From the NCBI GenBank assembly GCA_964579245.1, contig CAZOFY010000002.1, positions 5,081-69,080 of the forward strand: a stretch of DNA of 64,000 nt, given 5' to 3'. A program made the position numbers and the translations under genes. Below are positions 63,516 through 64,000 of the stretch, piece by piece (within the stretch, counting starts at the first letter, position 1; every line of letters starts with the position of its first letter). The notes under the pieces are model-generated. The model was not told the DNA's origin. It worked only from the letters and a program-made list of their open reading frames with translations, and searched no databases. The DNA comes from an uncultured Mageeibacillus sp. Lineage in GTDB: Bacteria; Bacillota; Clostridia; Saccharofermentanales; Saccharofermentanaceae.

Positions 63516-64000
63516 TTAGAGATAGCCCATCTCCTTCATGCTTGAACTTGATCCCCGGCCGACAACGATATGATCGATCAAATCGATGCCGATCAGATCT
63601 GAAGCCTTTTTCAGAGAACGGGTCGTCGAAATATCGTCCGGACTCGGTTTCGGATCTCCGCTCGGGTGATTATGGGCCAGAATCAGTGCCGACGCATTGG
63701 CTTTGATTGCTTCCCGGAGAAGCTCCCGCGGATAGATTCCGGTCGAGGCGAGCCCTCCGGACGAGACGACAGCACGGCGTATGACGCGGTGTCGCGTATC
63801 CAGCAAAGCAATATGGACCTCCTCTTTTTGCAGGAAGGACATCTCATTCTCGAAAAGACTAATGGCATCGGCAGGAGAGGATATTTGCGTATTCTTCCAA
63901 AACGGTTCCCCACGCAGAGAACGTTTGCCCAACTCCATAGCCGCTTTGATCGTCAATGCCTTGACCTTGCCCATTCCCTTGCACTCGGTCAGTTCTTCCA
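63516..64000 (-). CDS. radC: RadC-family JAMM-motif protein; N-terminus beyond window edge
   Basis: C-terminal JAMM-like motif ILAHNHPSGDPKPSPDD. The reading frame stays open upstream of the track's Met (..EELTECKGMGKVKALTIKAAMELG, HhH region), so the gene continues past 64000. Confidence 0.85.
   Translation of the reverse strand, partial: EELTECKGMGKVKALTIKAAMELGKRSLRGEPFWKNTQISSPADAISLFENEMSFLQKEEVHIALLDTRHRVIRRAVVSSGGLASTGIYPRELLREAIKANASALILAHNHPSGDPKPSPDDISTTRSLKKASDLIGIDLIDHIVVGRGSSSSMKEMGYL

Noticed and set aside
1-64000. Scanned for mobile elements, prophage, CRISPR arrays and toxin-antitoxin pairs.
   Set aside because: No integrase, transposase, recombinase or Cas-like products in any long ORF, and no regularly spaced repeats. 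The only tRNA-associated oddity is the 16-nt tRNA-Gln fragment reported under findings.

Overview
Gene-dense (about 90% coding) chromosomal segment that reads like the core genome of a Gram-positive anaerobe. It looks Clostridia-like (inference): AGGAGG-type ribosome-binding sites, dockerin/cohesin modules, mreC-mreD-pbp2, and an FHA-SEDS fusion. I can support 48 protein-coding genes, two of them cut by the window edges. There are 6 tRNAs in three minus-strand clusters (Gly-Arg, His-Gln-Lys, Thr), several near-consensus sigma-A promoters, and several intrinsic terminators. I saw no rRNA, CRISPR array, transposase, integrase or phage genes. Housekeeping content: argS, lysA, parE/parC, nadE, a PFK, secA, yerC, pheS/pheT, mreC/mreD/pbp2, radC, and an mtaD-ahcY-punA block. 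The ORF track uses the most upstream ATG/GTG/TTG, so I moved several starts to a downstream ATG with a good RBS. The most interesting content is as follows. (1) A kinase / vWA / PP2C operon (TerY-P or YegIKL type) plus an acidic coiled-coil gene lies tail-to-tail with an operon encoding an MraY paralogue, an FHA-fused SEDS polymerase and a short class B PBP. This could be a phospho-signalling-controlled cell-wall synthesis module. (2) An orphan pseudopilin-like cluster between pheT and yerC/secA has no secretion ATPase. One member carries a prepilin-type G/SVVLE leader and a C-terminal domain that reminds me of restriction-endonuclease-fold toxin domains. (3) A hairpin in front of that cluster pairs an anti-SD mimic (ATCACCTCCTG) with the AGGAGG RBS and also looks like the pheST terminator. 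(4) A membrane-anchored cohesin protein sits next to a dockerin-bearing putative peptidoglycan hydrolase. (5) A tightly packed five-gene operon of odd composition is bracketed by a good promoter and a perfect 18-bp hairpin. Its genes are an HxxxD acyltransferase, a zinc-ribbon membrane protein, an orphan solute-binding lipoprotein, a GNAT-Ogt fusion, and a flavin reductase with a basic tail. All family assignments come from motif reading by eye and need profile searches to confirm.
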